A stretch of DNA of 61,477 nt, counting the filler, from Porpidia crustulata (taxonomy: Eukaryota), in assembly GCA_964255105.1 (NCBI GenBank). It is 8 parts of 8 records of this genome, joined end to end, with 100 filler letters (N's around TTAATTAATTAA, not from the genome) between each part and the next. Parts side by side here need not be neighbours in the genome. Positions count along the whole stretch, not along the records: positions 1 to 7,609 come from CAXUWE010001279.1; positions 7,710 to 15,313 come from CAXUWE010001280.1; 6 more parts are not named here. One strand, given 5' to 3'. Of this stretch, positions 1 to 13,596 are shown piece by piece. The position numbers and the translations under genes were made by a program. The notes below the pieces were generated by a model. That model made no database searches and had not been told where the DNA came from. It saw nothing but the letters and a program-made list of their open reading frames with translations. Each line of letters opens with the position of its first letter. Within the stretch, counting starts at the first letter, position 1.

Positions 1-1010
1 AGCTGGAAGAGTGTGGGTGGGTTGTTGATGAGGGAGATGGGCAAGGGAGGATCTGTTTAAGGGACTAGGAATAGATGAAGTGAGAAAATGGACGAAGTAT
101 TGGTGCTGCAAAGTATTTGAGCTCTGTCCTTAGTGTTATATCTGGAATGGTGAACAACGTTCCTGTTGCAGAGCCTCTGACTTCGTGAGTAGTGTGGGGC
201 ATCTCGATGATATCTTCAGGTTTGGTTGCTATCAGGTTCTTCGAGAAGAGAGGTTCTTCCATCTCTCGATATAGCATATGGCGAGTTTGCAAGATTGGAA
301 GCTATTGAAGGGGGCATGTATAGATATTGTTTGGAGAATCGTGATGATCTCCGCTTGTTTTTGCTTTTTGCGGGTTTGGCGGGATTTTGATTTATGGTGG
401 AGGGTTTCAATTTTCGAATCCTTGAACCCTGTCTGGATTCATCGGCGTCGATCGATTATGATCGTTACAAAAACGGTTTCGATTAACATGAGCAGGAGAC
501 ACATTCTCACCATCACAATGAATAAAATCGGATGGTCACACTGCATGACAAATTCCATTAGAAAGCCTAAAGAGCACACAGAAACTCTGGAGATATCAAT
601 ACTTGCAAAGGTGATATGGAGTCCACATTGCTAGTCACTAATGCTTTACAGTTGATTGTAGGGGACAATCAGTGACTAGTTTCGAGCATAGAGTACGGAG
701 CTTCACAAACGCCATCTGTCATTCCTGTGCAGTTGGATAGCCGCGTGTGAATTACTCAGCACAGATTGACTTAATTTACGTCTCCCGGCCAACACATATC
801 TTCCTGATCTTCTCAGAGCCCATCGAGCGATTAGGAGTCTTCATGAAACTGCGACTGCGCTTAGTATTGTCAAAAACATCCGGATATCCAAATTGCACGA
901 TTTTGCAAGGCAAAAATTGCAAGTCTCGCTCCCCATGGCTTCAGACCCACGATACTTTAGGATCATACCCCGTCCAGAAAGCTCGCGGCCTGACTGATAC
1001 TGCCCCGACC

Positions 1011-2329
1011 ATGTTAAGGTCTCCAAAGCCCCCCATTCTGATCGTTGGCGCAGGTCTGTCTGGCCTGTCCCTGGCTGCCATACTGCAGAAGAGTGACGTC
1101 CCATATATGGTCTTTGATTCATCAACCCGCCAACGGACGCAGCGACATGGCATTACACTGCACCCATGGGCATATTCACCATTGCTCAGCGCCCTCGATG
1201 TCAAATTGGAAGAGTTGAGATCTGCAGTGGCCGTCGACTCGGCGATTGGAGGCTCGGGGAGGGTAGATACCGCGATGCGTGACGTATACACTGGAAAGAT
1301 TCTTGATTCTGAGATTAAAGCTTTACAGTCACAAGCCTCTCACCACGCAAAGCCGCTAAGGGCAAAGAAAAGTCTGATGCGTGACTTTCTTCTGGACAAA
1401 TTGGATACAAGCAAGTTGTACTGGGATTGGAAGCTGAAATCAATCAGGCATGGCGATGAAAGTGTTGTAGCCGAATTCGACAACGGGAAGACTATGGTAG
1501 GACGATTTCTTGTTGCAGCAGATGGGTTACATAGTGTCGGTATGACTGGGTTATCGCAAGCTACCTACGCTATGTTCTTGGGCTGACTTGTGCTCTTGCG
1601 ATAGGAAAGCAGCGTGTTTTTCCTGAGGCTAAACCTAGCATTACCGCCATGACCGTATACAATGGTCGTCGAACTCTTTCTCGCACGGCTTTTGACAACA
1701 AATTTGGCCCATACATGCAAGATACTACCATGCTATCGGGCAGCGGAGATGGCTTCAATTTTCAGGTCAATATTGACGCTATAAATGAGTCCGAAGCTGT
1801 CATTAGTTGGACATACTCTCGTGATGGCGAGGCTTCAGTAGATCCGACATTTCAGTCGTCTCAACCCAATCCACAGATCGCAAGCGCTGTTGTGACCGAG
1901 ATGACTCAGATAAAAGACCTGATAGCTCCCTTCGACTCTCTAATCCAAAAGAAAGACCTGGAAGGCGATACAATATATAACTGGGTCATGCGCTCGATTC
2001 GAATACCACTGAAATTACTATCTGCCGCAAGTACAAGCCGAATTGTGCTTATTGGCGATGCGGCACATGCAATGCCCATTTATGAGGGTACTGGCGCAAA
2101 CCAGGCAATTCTCGATTCTGTAGAACTAGGAAACCTTCTCGTTACCCTCACAGAGGGTGATAGACACTGGCAAGGTTCCGAGCCGCCCGACGTCCAAATA
2201 TTACTCCATTTCTACAAGGAGGCGTACCCAAGATGGGAGGCCAGTGTGGCAACCGCGGAACGTAAGCTTCAAAAATCAATTACATCTCTCAGGTCATCCG
2301 CTCGCAGAGGAGTAGACCTCAAGATCTGA
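1011..2329 (+). CDS. FAD-dependent monooxygenase (group A flavoprotein aromatic hydroxylase family), 2 exons (1011-1539, 1605-2329)
   Basis: Motifs GAGLSG (Rossmann), LVAADGLHS (DG) and LIGDAAHAM...GTGANQAILD (GD). The intron GTATGA...GCTGAC...TAG at 1540-1604 joins the two ORFs in frame. Confidence 0.9.
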
Positions 2330-2888
2330 TATTTACAAATCAACACTTTGTGATCCACCGTCAACGCCGCTTGGAACCATACTCCAGTAGTGCATTACCA
2401 TCAATCACATCGTCTCCCCAATTCAAGCGGCTTTGTCCAATATTGCGTCTCTATCGAAATTGTTTATTGATAAACGGTCACGTGCCCCCTACCTCTATTC
2501 TGAGCCCAACTCATTTTTTTTACAGCCCTAACCCTAGGTGTAGGTGGCCGATGAGGGTGGAAACGAGTACTTTGCGGCAGTGCCAAGCAGGGTTGTTGCA
2601 GCCTTATGGCAACGTCAATACCTCGAAAGGTAGCCATCAACGCCATCTATAGGAAATTTACCATCCCGTACCAAGCTCATCTCTTCCTACGGTAGCATCT
2701 GATTTATTATGACTGAATACTACTCGCCTTATCTCTGGGTCGTTTGTCATCTTCTGTAATTGAAAATACCAGCAATTCATGTGATACACAAAGCTCTTTC
2801 TTTTTTTACATACGGAGACCGAAGCTTCGAACGGCCAATACCTACCAAGCATTGTCGTAAGGCTACTCGGTTCACCCGCTCAGACACA

Positions 2889-4448
2889 ATGAAAAGTTCC
2901 ATCACATCAGGATGGGCGTCTATCTTCGATATCGCTGCAGAACTTCCATTGGAACTTAGCAACCTAGTATTTCAGCATCTACAGCTTTACGAGCTCTTCC
3001 GGCTGCAGCGTGTTTCTCGTCGCTGGGCCGCGGCTCTTTTCTGTATTGCCGACTCCACAGTACGCAGTTGGGAAGCGTTCGGAGAGATGCAATTATTCAT
3101 TCCCGAAGGCCTTTCGTCAAGCGCAACTCTATCGCTCAAGGCAGAACATATCGACGCGTTTTGCAACGGAGATGCTTTCAGTATGAAGAGCGGCCACTAC
3201 GGATCATATGGGCCAAGTTCTCCTGTTTCGACGATGCAGTCAGTCAGTTATGCCGATGGTATCATAGCGTGGGCGGATGCTGGCATCCGAACGCTCCACC
3301 TGCAGAGTGGACGGTCAGACTTGTATGTCCTTGAAGACCTCGACGACTACGCCACTAATGTAGCCGTGTCTTCCAAAATAGCCGCAGTGATTACGGAAAA
3401 TGGCAAATGTCAAATATGGGAGGTTGCGACTAGAAGCACTCACTCTTTTCAAATACCTATTTTACAACACAGCGCTAGCACATGTTTGCTCAAGGTTTCA
3501 GGTACAACGCTTGTGGTACTCGTGACCAGAAAGCCAACGCTTGATAGTTCTCAAACCATGACCTTCGCTTGCACTTGGGACCTGACTACTAAGGAGCCTC
3601 ATTGCTTTCTCATCCAGGAACAGGATGAAACGCCAGATTCCAGCACATTGAACGGTCAGAATATCTTCATCGTCGGTGACGGCAATTCGATCCTATATCT
3701 TCAACGAGACTCCTGTAGGGAAGGAGAGCCTTCCGCGACTGGGTGCCTTTCATTTACGCGGTTTAGCATCAGTGGCCACCAAATCCTCGCTGAGGGTACA
3801 ATTGAAATTAACGGAATTAATCAGTATTCACCTCATTTGGTTGCCACATCCAAGCTTGGTAGGCTTTCCACTGTTGGGGCGCTCTCTATGAGTCTAAAAC
3901 CAACGCAATGCTTACCGCGCAAAACGCGCTATGGTATACCTGTAGAGATCAAAGTGCTCCGAATTAATTTTGACTCTGATCGGAATGAACTCGTACAAGT
4001 CGTTCAGAACATCGATGAATATAGCAAAGAGTTCTCTCGGGCTTATGAGCACTTCAGACCTCTCATCCCTAATTTCCATTTCTGGAAGCATATTGGGTAC
4101 TACAGAGTTGGGAATGCATTCGAGTTCATCATCAAACTGAGTGATGTTAAGAAGGACACAAACCGGGAAGCCGAGATTGAGAGATCCAGGAACATACTAA
4201 GAGCTTCCGTGTCCACATTCGTAGACTACAAAGAGTGGGACTCGCACTCTCAATTGTACGGAGATGAGATTTTTTTCATATACGCTGACATGCATAGCTT
4301 TATTGTTTGGTGTTTTGATAAAAACGTCACCATGGCTGATGAGAACCAAGAGTATAAGCAAGTACGGCAGATAGAGAAAACTTCACGCAGCGCATTGATC
4401 AGACAGCGGACGGAGGCTGGTCACGCAGCGACTGCCGTAAATCTCTAA
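2889..4448 (+). CDS. F-box domain protein (single exon, probable beta-rich C-terminus)
   Basis: N-terminal F-box pattern ELPLELSNLVFQHLQLYELFRLQRVSRRW within a long open frame. Confidence 0.8.
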   Translation: MKSSITSGWASIFDIAAELPLELSNLVFQHLQLYELFRLQRVSRRWAAALFCIADSTVRSWEAFGEMQLFIPEGLSSSATLSLKAEHIDAFCNGDAFSMKSGHYGSYGPSSPVSTMQSVSYADGIIAWADAGIRTLHLQSGRSDLYVLEDLDDYATNVAVSSKIAAVITENGKCQIWEVATRSTHSFQIPILQHSASTCLLKVSGTTLVVLVTRKPTLDSSQTMTFACTWDLTTKEPHCFLIQEQDETPDSSTLNGQNIFIVGDGNSILYLQRDSCREGEPSATGCLSFTRFSISGHQILAEGTIEINGINQYSPHLVATSKLGRLSTVGALSMSLKPTQCLPRKTRYGIPVEIKVLRINFDSDRNELVQVVQNIDEYSKEFSRAYEHFRPLIPNFHFWKHIGYYRVGNAFEFIIKLSDVKKDTNREAEIERSRNILRASVSTFVDYKEWDSHSQLYGDEIFFIYADMHSFIVWCFDKNVTMADENQEYKQVRQIEKTSRSALIRQRTEAGHAATAVNL

Positions 4449-5264
4449 TGTTGTTTTGTGGCTTCTTATGGTTGCTGTCGATAGAACCTGGAGTACATTT
4501 CCAACGGCGCTGAGAGTCCAAATTCCGGATCCCACTCAACTTACTTGCAGACGACCGCCTTCTCTTGTCGTCGATCATAAGTATTCTAGGCAGAAAAAGC
4601 CCAAGTATGACCCGCAGAGAAGTTAGATGAAACATGCAGTGATGAGATCTCATCATGCTCCACGACGCTAGGATTGAAGCAAGACTAGTGGTGGAAGAAG
4701 GATGGCGATGGCTTTGGGAAAACGTGTTGTTCGTTTCAACGCGGTGGGAAACGACGGGCTGTCAAGTCAGTGGGAATGTCTTCGAAGATTCAGGGCGAGA
4801 AACAACAAGACCAGTCAATACTACATGGTCTTGGCAAGACAAGACCATAGTGTAGAGTCCTACAGGACGGAAGTCTATGTTGAAGGAAAGCCCCAGCGTT
4901 ATTGGTGGCAAGAAGGGAGCAATATATACAGGATTGCTTCTCTCGAGGATCAGATCCATTTCAATTTTGTGACTACATAGATTGGATTGAGTAGGCTATG
5001 GCGACTGATTTTCATACTTTCCTGATCCAATGAGCTCTACGCTGTCGATTTCGATTGTAGGTATCTGGGTGTATGGTTACCTCGAGATATTATAGTTGTA
5101 GTGCTATGAGGCTGTCTGAGCTGCACTGGTGATTCGTCGGAGATAAGATAAGCAATCGCCGGCCTCTCCGTCACCTTCAAACAGCATCATGTCCCTTACC
5201 TCAACCCTCTTCATATATTACCTTACTCTCCTCGGCCTCGGTCTCGTAAGATTTCCAGAATGAT

Positions 5265-7109
5265 ATGCATGACCACCTCTTGGATCTACCTCACGAAGTG
5301 CTACATAAGATACTTGTATATGTCGATCCCCATGATCTCGGAAGATTGTGCTGTTGCCGTGCTCTCAATGATTTTATCCAAAATGATCGCTTGCTCTCGA
5401 GAGAAATATATCTCAGCAACTTCGTCAGTCCCCTGATCCCAATCAATCTTGAAGGAAAGGCTTGCTAAGTATACGAAGGACGATCCAAGATGCAGAGAGC
5501 ATCGTAAGCCGAGTCGAAAGGAGCCTCCCTGGAAAGCCGAGCTGCAGAAGGTTGTCACGTTTCAGAGAATTCTACAATCTACAGACGTTAATCTAAAAGT
5601 ATTACTGGTCTGAAAATTATGATGGTAGTCACTGATAACGAAACCAGAAGCAGCAACTAGAATTCATTGCTGAGACAGTAGATTTCCTCCTTAAATCAGC
5701 TGAAGGATTTGCCGACATGGGCTCGTCTCGGAATCTAACGCTCCTGAATAAGTTATTTCAAGATGATCCTCGGAATATTGAGACGGCCCTATGCGGTTCA
5801 TCTCTTTTTAAATGGGCCTCGTCTTATGCTGCGAACCCTCGGTCACAGTGCACCATCCATCAAGAGTCTCCCGTTTCACCAGGTTCCGGAGCCAATATAG
5901 TCTCTGATGAGCCAAGTGAACTGAGCTACGTGTTTGTGGGTCATGAGCAGCCATCTGTAACTGATCCCAGAAATACACTACCTGACCGAGATATACAGCC
6001 CTCGAATGCTGACAGCGGGCTGCGTTCCTACCGTCAACAGCTTAGCGCTAAGATGCATTGCCTATACGGTGTACCGATTGATGCTGTAAAAGATACTGCA
6101 AGCTCGTCCCGCTATAATCTACGCCACAACACCGTAACCCTACATCCCTACGTGCGTTCTCGAGTATACGATTTACGGCAGCATAGCGATGCCAGCCTTT
6201 GGGGGCCCTTCACTGATGATGGGACTATGGAAGTGGATTGGGAAAAACTCGAGTCGATAATGATCATACTGAACCATAACATGAAACGCTACTACACCCG
6301 GTACTCGGAACCTGGCGATGGCGTACCGCCCTGGGGTCAACCATTTGTTGGTGCAAATCCGTACAGCTACCACCCGGAGCCCTCTGCTTCACTGAATGAG
6401 ATACCGGCTCCACTCGACAGCCAAGATCCTTATAATGTGACCGGTACATGGATGCGTGTTGTTTGCTTTCTTGATTATACGGAGCTTTACGCATTCAATT
6501 TCTCCGAAGATCAGCCTCCAGATGGTCAGCCTCGACCACCGTTGAACACTGAAGAAGCCACGCGTCTGATTACTATGACGATCAAAGTCACGAAGATTGG
6601 ACCTCCGGAAGAAGACGATGGTCAAGATCTTCCAGTCGTTTACTTCAAGGGGATTTCCTCCTCGCTCAGGCCATCTTGGGATCCTAATGCAAATTCGAGT
6701 ATCAAGGGTCAGCTTTGATTTTCACTTATATATAATTTTAGACTGAAAATGTCTCTAGGTAGTGTGAGGTTGACACCGAAGGGAGAGGTCAGATGGACGA
6801 CGATATCTATCATCCATGGGTGAGTTTATTTACAACTCCCAAGTCCACGATATATTATCGTACTGAGACACCGGGATGTGGCTCTAGCGAGCAGCGATGG
6901 CGCAGCGAGGGCATTCAGATAGGTGGAGTTCAATCTGCGAGGGGGGTTCTCGGCTATTGGTTTGACAAGTAAGTTGGGGTCTTGGTCTGTACCCTTGAAG
7001 CTATCTACTTAATGACTCAATCAGGAATTACGATATCCATGGTCCTGCCGGGCCCACTGCTTTCTGGAAAACCCACGACAGTATTGATGAAAAGAAGAGC
7101 TCTGAATGA
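5265..7109 (+). CDS. F-box domain protein, conserved fungal family, about 6 exons
   Basis: F-box LLDLPHEVLHKILVYVDPHDL. GT-AG introns at about 5424-5478, 5599-5647, 6708-6758, 6820-6886 and 6969-7024 give a coherent C-terminus EVRWTTISIIHGEQRWRSEGIQIGG...HGPAGPTAFWK. Confidence 0.8.
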
Positions 7110-7609
7110 AATTTTGAAGAAATATGGATCCACCCAGCGTAGCATAGAGCAACACGGCTTGATATGAATCAAACTAGTATATTCAACTTGCCATGTCAAA
7201 ATCTGCAGTGTCGGTCATATCTCAGACCAGGCTCAAGATATTTCAACATTAACGGACTTGCCGTGAATGGACAATGCATCGACTCTCTGGAAGTCAATGA
7301 TAGAAGTCCGCTGGCAGCGACTTTAGACTTCTGAAATTCTACTTTCAATCCACACCAAAACCCTAAACCTGAGTCCATCGCCGTCCTAAATCGACGACCC
7401 AGTTCCAGCTCTTAAGGAGAATTGAATGAAAAGCTATGATATGATCGCGAAAAAGTTCATAGATCTTGATTAGGAAAGCTCACTAACGATCCATTTTTCG
7501 CCTGGATTTGTCTGCATGTATTCATTGCTTTTTCTGTATGTATCTATTGCTTTTGCTCTATTAGCCAAAATCAAGATTCCCATAACTCCTATTCATCGCT
7601 CCTCCAACC

Positions 7610-7709
7610 NNNNNNNNNNNNNNNNNNNNNNNNNNNNNNNNNNNNNNNNNNNNTTAATTAATTAANNNNNNNNNNNNNNNNNNNNNNNNNNNNNNNNNNN
7701 NNNNNNNNN
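7610..7709. other. Artificial contig-joining spacer
   Basis: N44-TTAATTAATTAA-N44, with stop codons in all six frames. Confidence 0.99.
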
Positions 7710-8295
7710 TGGTTGCGGTGGATATGTGGATGGGTCGGGGAGGTTGCGCGTGAGTAGGATACTGGTGTACGTTCTTCATGGAGAGGGTTTTGGCATGGTG
7801 GAAGGTTGAATATGGATGATTTGGTTGGAGGTTGATGGGGTCAGTCGTGCGCGGGAAGGGCGTTAATTTTCAAACTCGGACTGTTTCAGCCTTTATAAGG
7901 AGCATTGATGGTGAGTTTGAGAGTTGGCTCATGGCTGATTGTAGTCAGAAAACAGATGCGTTTTCGTCAGAGAAGTATACAAAGCATGCAAGTACACAAG
8001 TGTGTACACTACTCGTAGACGGTCGAGATGACGCTGACGGATATGTGACGAAACCCAAGGGACAGGGAGGACCCACTTTTTAGATAAGATTAGGGTTTGG
8101 TAGATGTATGATGTATCAAGATTCTCCTAGTACGCTAAAGAATTCATGCTATATCAAGATGCAAATTTCAACAGCTCTCAAGGGAGCTACTAGAATTATT
8201 ATCTAGAATGGATGAAGGTCAGCCGGTTTATAATCGTGTGGATTAATGATATTTACTTCCATCATTCCACCTATCGACGAATACCAATAGTGTAA

Positions 8296-9555
8296 TCATT
8301 CTTTTGGCATTGTCTCTTCTACTGCACCTTTGAAATCTCCTAGGAACCTCCACAAGACCTGCTCTCTCCAACCCTTCTCTTGCCATGCGTTAGCCGTGGT
8401 TTGTGGAAATAATCCCACAGCTTCCAAAAGCGTTGCGTCATGCGCTATAATTGTCAAAACATTCTCCATGGCATCGAATTCTCCCATCTTCTCAATACTC
8501 TCTATCGCATCTTTGACATCATGCGCGCCATTTGACGATGGTAAGTAGAAAGGTTGAGTGGCTGCTGGTGAGGGGACTACTGTGGATCCATTATCATGCA
8601 AGCGGTGTATGGGGGTGAAAAGGGAGCCGGGGCAGATATTTGGGCCAACGGCGGGGAGGGGCGAGGGCGCAATTTCTTTTGGTAGAGGTAATTGGGGAGT
8701 GGGGCGGAATTCACCACCGTGGTGCGAACAGTCACCACCGAGAAATATGTACGTGGGTGGAGAGACAGTGGTACGGCAAAGGGCACAAAGATGGCCTATC
8801 GCATGCTGAAAGCAATTGTGTTAGTGACATTGGATTATACCGAATTTCTGCTCTAAGAATAGTCAGAGGGTAAGAACGTACGCCAGGAGAGTCCAGCAGG
8901 TAGAAGCTTCCATCTTCAAAGTAGTCTAGAGCCCTGAAGCGACCAATTCGAAGATTGGAGCTAGCAAAAGATATTTCTCTGACATTACGTCCCTTGTAGT
9001 CGCTCTCTTTGATGGGTGCGTCTGGATTCGATGGAAAGCCAGGCATGAACGCTTTCTGGAAACCCGGACCCACGACCAACTCGGTGGATGTAGGGAATGT
9101 GGATGGGTCACCCGTGTGGTCCCAGTGAAAGTGGCTATGGGGTCTTGTCAGTAGAAAGCTCCATGTTGTATTTATGATAGGCCGGCCACGGACCTCCATA
9201 CAATCGCTTCAATATCGCTAAGTTTCACGCCACTCTCCTGCAATATCTCCGCTACATCCTTTTCTACACTAATCAGCCAGCCACCTCCTCTGATCCGATC
9301 GGCAATCCGGGGCGAAAGGTTCTTCCAGTCCTTCCGCACTCCAAGGTCGAAGAGAACCTTTCGGCCATTGGAGGAATTCTCAATCAGAAACGAGAACGCA
9401 GGACAATCTATGTTGTCGTGACCCTTGATTGGGGGTTCGATAAAAACAGACAACGGGAGGTTTTGGATCCTGGAGGTGGTATCGATAATATGGACGTTGA
9501 CCGTGGAATCAGAGGCAGGGATGGTTGGCGGGGAGAAGTGCGGGTCGTTCGACAT
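8296..9555 (-). CDS. Metallo-beta-lactamase-fold hydrolase (fungal lactonase/lactamase-like), 3 exons (9555-9194, 9134-8882, 8805-8296)
   Basis: Motifs LFDLG, SHFHWDH (HxHxDH zinc motif, with the Ser codon split by intron 1), PGHAIGH, GGD and IAHD. Both introns are canonical. Confidence 0.9.
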
Positions 9556-10188
9556 CTTTGAACAGGAAACGCAACGATAACCCAAAAAAGGGCAGTCGCA
9601 GTATCGAAGGCATTTCAAAAAGTCTTCTTATGGGAGTAGCCAAATGGTCAATGGATTGAGTAGCGAAGTTTCTGTGACGTAGTGTTGGACATGGCCTAAT
9701 TATAGCCTTTCCATCATTATTACTTTATTAATAGAGATTAGAGGACCACAACGTGATTTATCTCAATGATCATCTAATTTTCGGTTCGATTGGTATCAGG
9801 AGAAAGTTTGTGAAACTCCAATGTGAGTCTTCATCCGACAAGAGCTATAAACGACATCTAGCGGTACATGATGACCTGCACACGGCCTTGTCGATTAGAG
9901 ACTGTGCCCATAATGGGCTTTTGATTGTGCATTGCTATTTCAAATGCTTCCGATTCCTCCACCTATGAGTACATGCTGATGACGTTCCTGTCTGATAATA
10001 ACTCCTAGCAGAATGCGATAGGGACAACGCTGCGTAAGGGGTCATGAAGTAGCATGGCTGCTTATTAGAGTTCTCTCGGTGTGTCGACGTGGAGCCTGCC
10101 AGGAATGAAGGCGTAAGTAATAGCCAGGCGGCGACGTGTAGATTACGACCAATATGGAGGAGATTTTGTGGTCAAAAATTTGCAAAGT

Positions 10189-12925
10189 TCAGAAGACAGC
10201 CGCCAAACCATTTTTGGATTGCCGCTTGCTAAATCTATTTTTTCTACCCATGAAAGAGTCTCTATCGTTATTCGCTTGATGCTTCTGCAAGGTATTATGG
10301 GTGGATAAATCCGACGTACTATCCTGGTCAAGACCAAGACCATTCGTGGATTGCGACGAGCCTGCTTGTAGTCCTTTAAATGCATCATCGCTCGAATAGG
10401 AGTTGGTGGCGCTTTGTGATAGAGCCATTTCCCGTGCACTCTCAATAGCGTCAATCCATTCTTGCGCGGCCGCAGATGTAGCAGAACCATCTGACGATGC
10501 GGACTTGGGGTCCTCGAATGTGAAGTGCTTGTCGCGCTATGCGGGCGTTAATAACTACCTCAGAATACGCAAATGGTAGATGGCTACTAACCGTATCGAC
10601 GGACCAGTACGTCAATCCCTTTCCGTCTTGCATTTTCCTCCATGCACAGCCGGCAGCGAGTAAGGGTATTTCTGTCTTCGTCTTCTTCTCCTCACCACCA
10701 GCTGCGACTATGACGATCCGAGCACTGGACGTGACCATGACTAGACGTTGACGCTTCTTGGCCGCATTACCACCAAAGAATCTCGAAAACTTCTTGGGCG
10801 CGTCATCGCTATTCTGAACACCGTTCCGGCTGTTCGGACTGTGAGGTGCAGGCGACGACAACACGCAAAGGTTCCCTAGCTTTAGTATTCGCTCATTGGA
10901 TCTGGTCAAAACTGGGGACCATTCAATGTCCAACTGACTCGGGGGTGGAAGCTCAGTAATGATCCTTGGACCAGGCCTCGTTACATTGTTCCCGCTATTA
11001 TCAACACGCGCTGCTGAGGTGCTGTGCGAGCGAGGAACGCTAGGTGGAAAATTATTGCCACCAATATTGACGTTGGTTGTGGAATGACCAGTCAATTTCA
11101 TTGGCATAGCAGCGGCTGGAACGAAGCTCCTGAGTCTGGGCGCTTTCTGCCTCCACAATCCGCGACCCCAGCTGATACCATCAAAAAACTCATGGTTCTT
11201 AATATGCTCTATCGAGAGACGTCTTGAGGGGTCCAGGACAAGCAAGCGTTCGACTAAATCTTTTCCTACGCTAGGAAAACCTCGAGGGAATTCGTATTCT
11301 AATGCTACAATTTTTTGGAAGGTGAGATACTCATTCGCAGCCTTGAAGGGAGGACGTCCTGCTAGTAGTTGGTATATTATACAGCCAAAAGCCCACAAGT
11401 CGCTCGCTTTACAAGCGTTCTTATCCGTCAGTAGCTCCGGGCTGACGTACTCTGCAGTACCCACGAAAGAGTTTGCTCGTGTTTTTTCACCATCCAGAGG
11501 GCTCCCAGTGTCAGAATTAGGCAAGCCATTTGAGCTCTCTTCCGGACGATTTGATATTTCTAACATTTTGGCTGTTCCAAAATCGGTTATCTTAACATGC
11601 ATTTGGTCATCTAATAGGACATTTTCCGGTTTCAGGTCTCGATGTATAACTCCTCGGGCGTGCATGAAGTCGATTGTGTCTAGGATCTGAGCACCATAAA
11701 ATCTTGTACATTCTTCATCGAAGGTCGTCATTCGTTTCAATACGCCTAAAAGCTCTCCACTAGTGGCAAGGTCAAGCACAAAGTACAGTGAGTCTATATC
11801 TTGAAAGGTGTAGTAGAGGCGCACCACCCCGGGATGGTCGGTCAGCCGATTGAGCGTTTCCTTTTCTATACTTACGTACTTCACTTTCTTTTCTTTGATG
11901 ATGTGTTTCTTGTCGAGTACTTTAATGGCGTACTCTTTCCCCGTCTGCCGATCAGTAGCTGCCATGACAGTGGAGTATGACCCTTCGCCAAGCGATCGAC
12001 CGAATTGAAAGTCTTTAACGCCCTTTTTCACATGCCGAGTGACAAGCTTGCCGTTTGCGTCTAGCTCCTGCCGTTGCCCTACAGCGGCGCCCCTTTCCTG
12101 CCAATCTTCGCTGCTTGCTGCATGACCACTTCTCGAGCCATCGATCGTACCGGAAGCCGGTGCTGCTACTGGCTCGCCAGCAGTGCTTATCAGTCCTCCT
12201 CTCATACCCCGTGAGCTCCCGCGCGATGACGGAGGCCCATAACTGTCGTGTATCTGCTGGCTGTGTCTATAGGATCGGTCTGTGTGGTTTCCTTCATTGC
12301 TTGGTACGCCAGCTTGCATTGCTGTCATGGCTCCTCGTGAACTACTTCGCTGGGGCATCCCCAGCAGAGATGAACGTGACGACTGATTACGAAGTCGGTA
12401 TGACCCATCTCTGGGGGACATTTCACCATTCACGGCAGCTCCGGGCGACTGAGTATACATGGCAGAAACTGGCCGGGAGGCAGAGCTCGGATTTCGCTGG
12501 CTCAACGGCATCATCGTAGGATACTGGGGAAATTGAGCTTGCTGCTGGTCTTGGTATGTGAGAGGTATGGAGGCACGATTGACATAGCGTTGAGCGTAGG
12601 ACGACCGCTCCTTTGCGGCAGGACTTTGCGGCTTGTCGGTAGGGCTCGGTTGAGTTGCTCCCCCAGCCGGATCTATCGAAAGGATTCGGGGACTGAAGTC
12701 TGATGGCGATGGCGAGCGAAATAATCCATTGGTAGGCAACATGGGGGATTGGTCTTGATTTGGGCTTGCACCAAAATTGCGTGCAGCTTGAGGTGGGCTT
12801 GGGATAGGTGACACAGGCGATGCAGATTTTATTGGGTTGTCTTTGATTGAATTTGGAGATATATCGTCAGGATTAGCAATTCGAAGGCCCCCGAGCGATT
12901 TCGACAAACTCAAGTCACCGTCCAT
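10189..12925 (-). CDS. PKH1: PDK1-family Ser/Thr kinase (Pkh/Ksg1 orthologue) with C-terminal PH-like region, 2 exons (12925-10592, 10536-10189)
   Basis: Motifs LGEGSYSTV, YAIKVLDKKHIIKEKKVKYV, HRDLKPEN, DFG and the activation loop ANSFVGTAEYVSPE. Confidence 0.93.
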
Positions 12926-13596
12926 TGGGAAACGACTGAGAAGCCTTGATGGCCGTTGTTGTTCGCTTGTGTTAAGGCTGGCGCCGACGAGTTTAGGTAG
13001 TGGGTGGTGGTACCTGTGTCAAAGACAGGCTGACGTGTAGCATGCGTGCTACAAGTATCTATCCAGAACGCTTATGATTGCTACCTAAGCAGGTACCTCT
13101 GCCAGGCAAGCACATGGTGAGTGGTCAAAGTACCTTGCTCACACCGCGTGTAAAAGCAGTCTAATTCAATGAGACAGCCACCAGTATCGACCGCTTTTCC
13201 TAGCTAGGGTAGCGTCCGTCTGTAGCCGAACTCTCAGGGTCATCACGTGTACTGATCTATTTTCATACCTACCTATTGCCTGTATCCAGGTTGTACCTAT
13301 CATCACCACCTACTCTCACCTAGCCACAATACCTTTTACAGTCCACGAGCATCATCAGTGCGAAGAGCTGAGGAGGAAGGAGAAACGACACCGTAATTCC
13401 ATGTTCATGCAATGCTCTCTCATTATGTACAGAATCAGATGCAATATCACGATTGCATGGTCAGTGGTCGGACAAGTACGCAGAGCTGTCGTGAACATCA
13501 CACAACAGCAACATCGTTCGAAAATCTGCCTATTTCTTCAGATTGTAATGTAGCTCCATCTGCCAAAACACGAGACCTAAATAGACTATTACTATC

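Noticed and set aside
2525..2535. CCCTAACCCTA telomere-like motif
   Set aside because: Fewer than two units in a short intergenic gap; expected by chance.
7654..7665. TTAATTAATTAA recurring every ~7.7 kb, superficially like a regularly spaced repeat or CRISPR array
   Set aside because: It is always embedded in N runs of fixed length, so it is an assembly linker.
1011..9555. Monooxygenase plus MBL hydrolase as a secondary-metabolite cluster
   Set aside because: They lie on different contigs separated by a spacer, and no backbone synthase is present.
11322..12519. Antisense ORFs opposite the kinase (similar ones lie opposite VIP1, UTP21, GAC1 and the 46971 gene)
   Set aside because: They are shadow ORFs of coding strands with no recognisable motifs.
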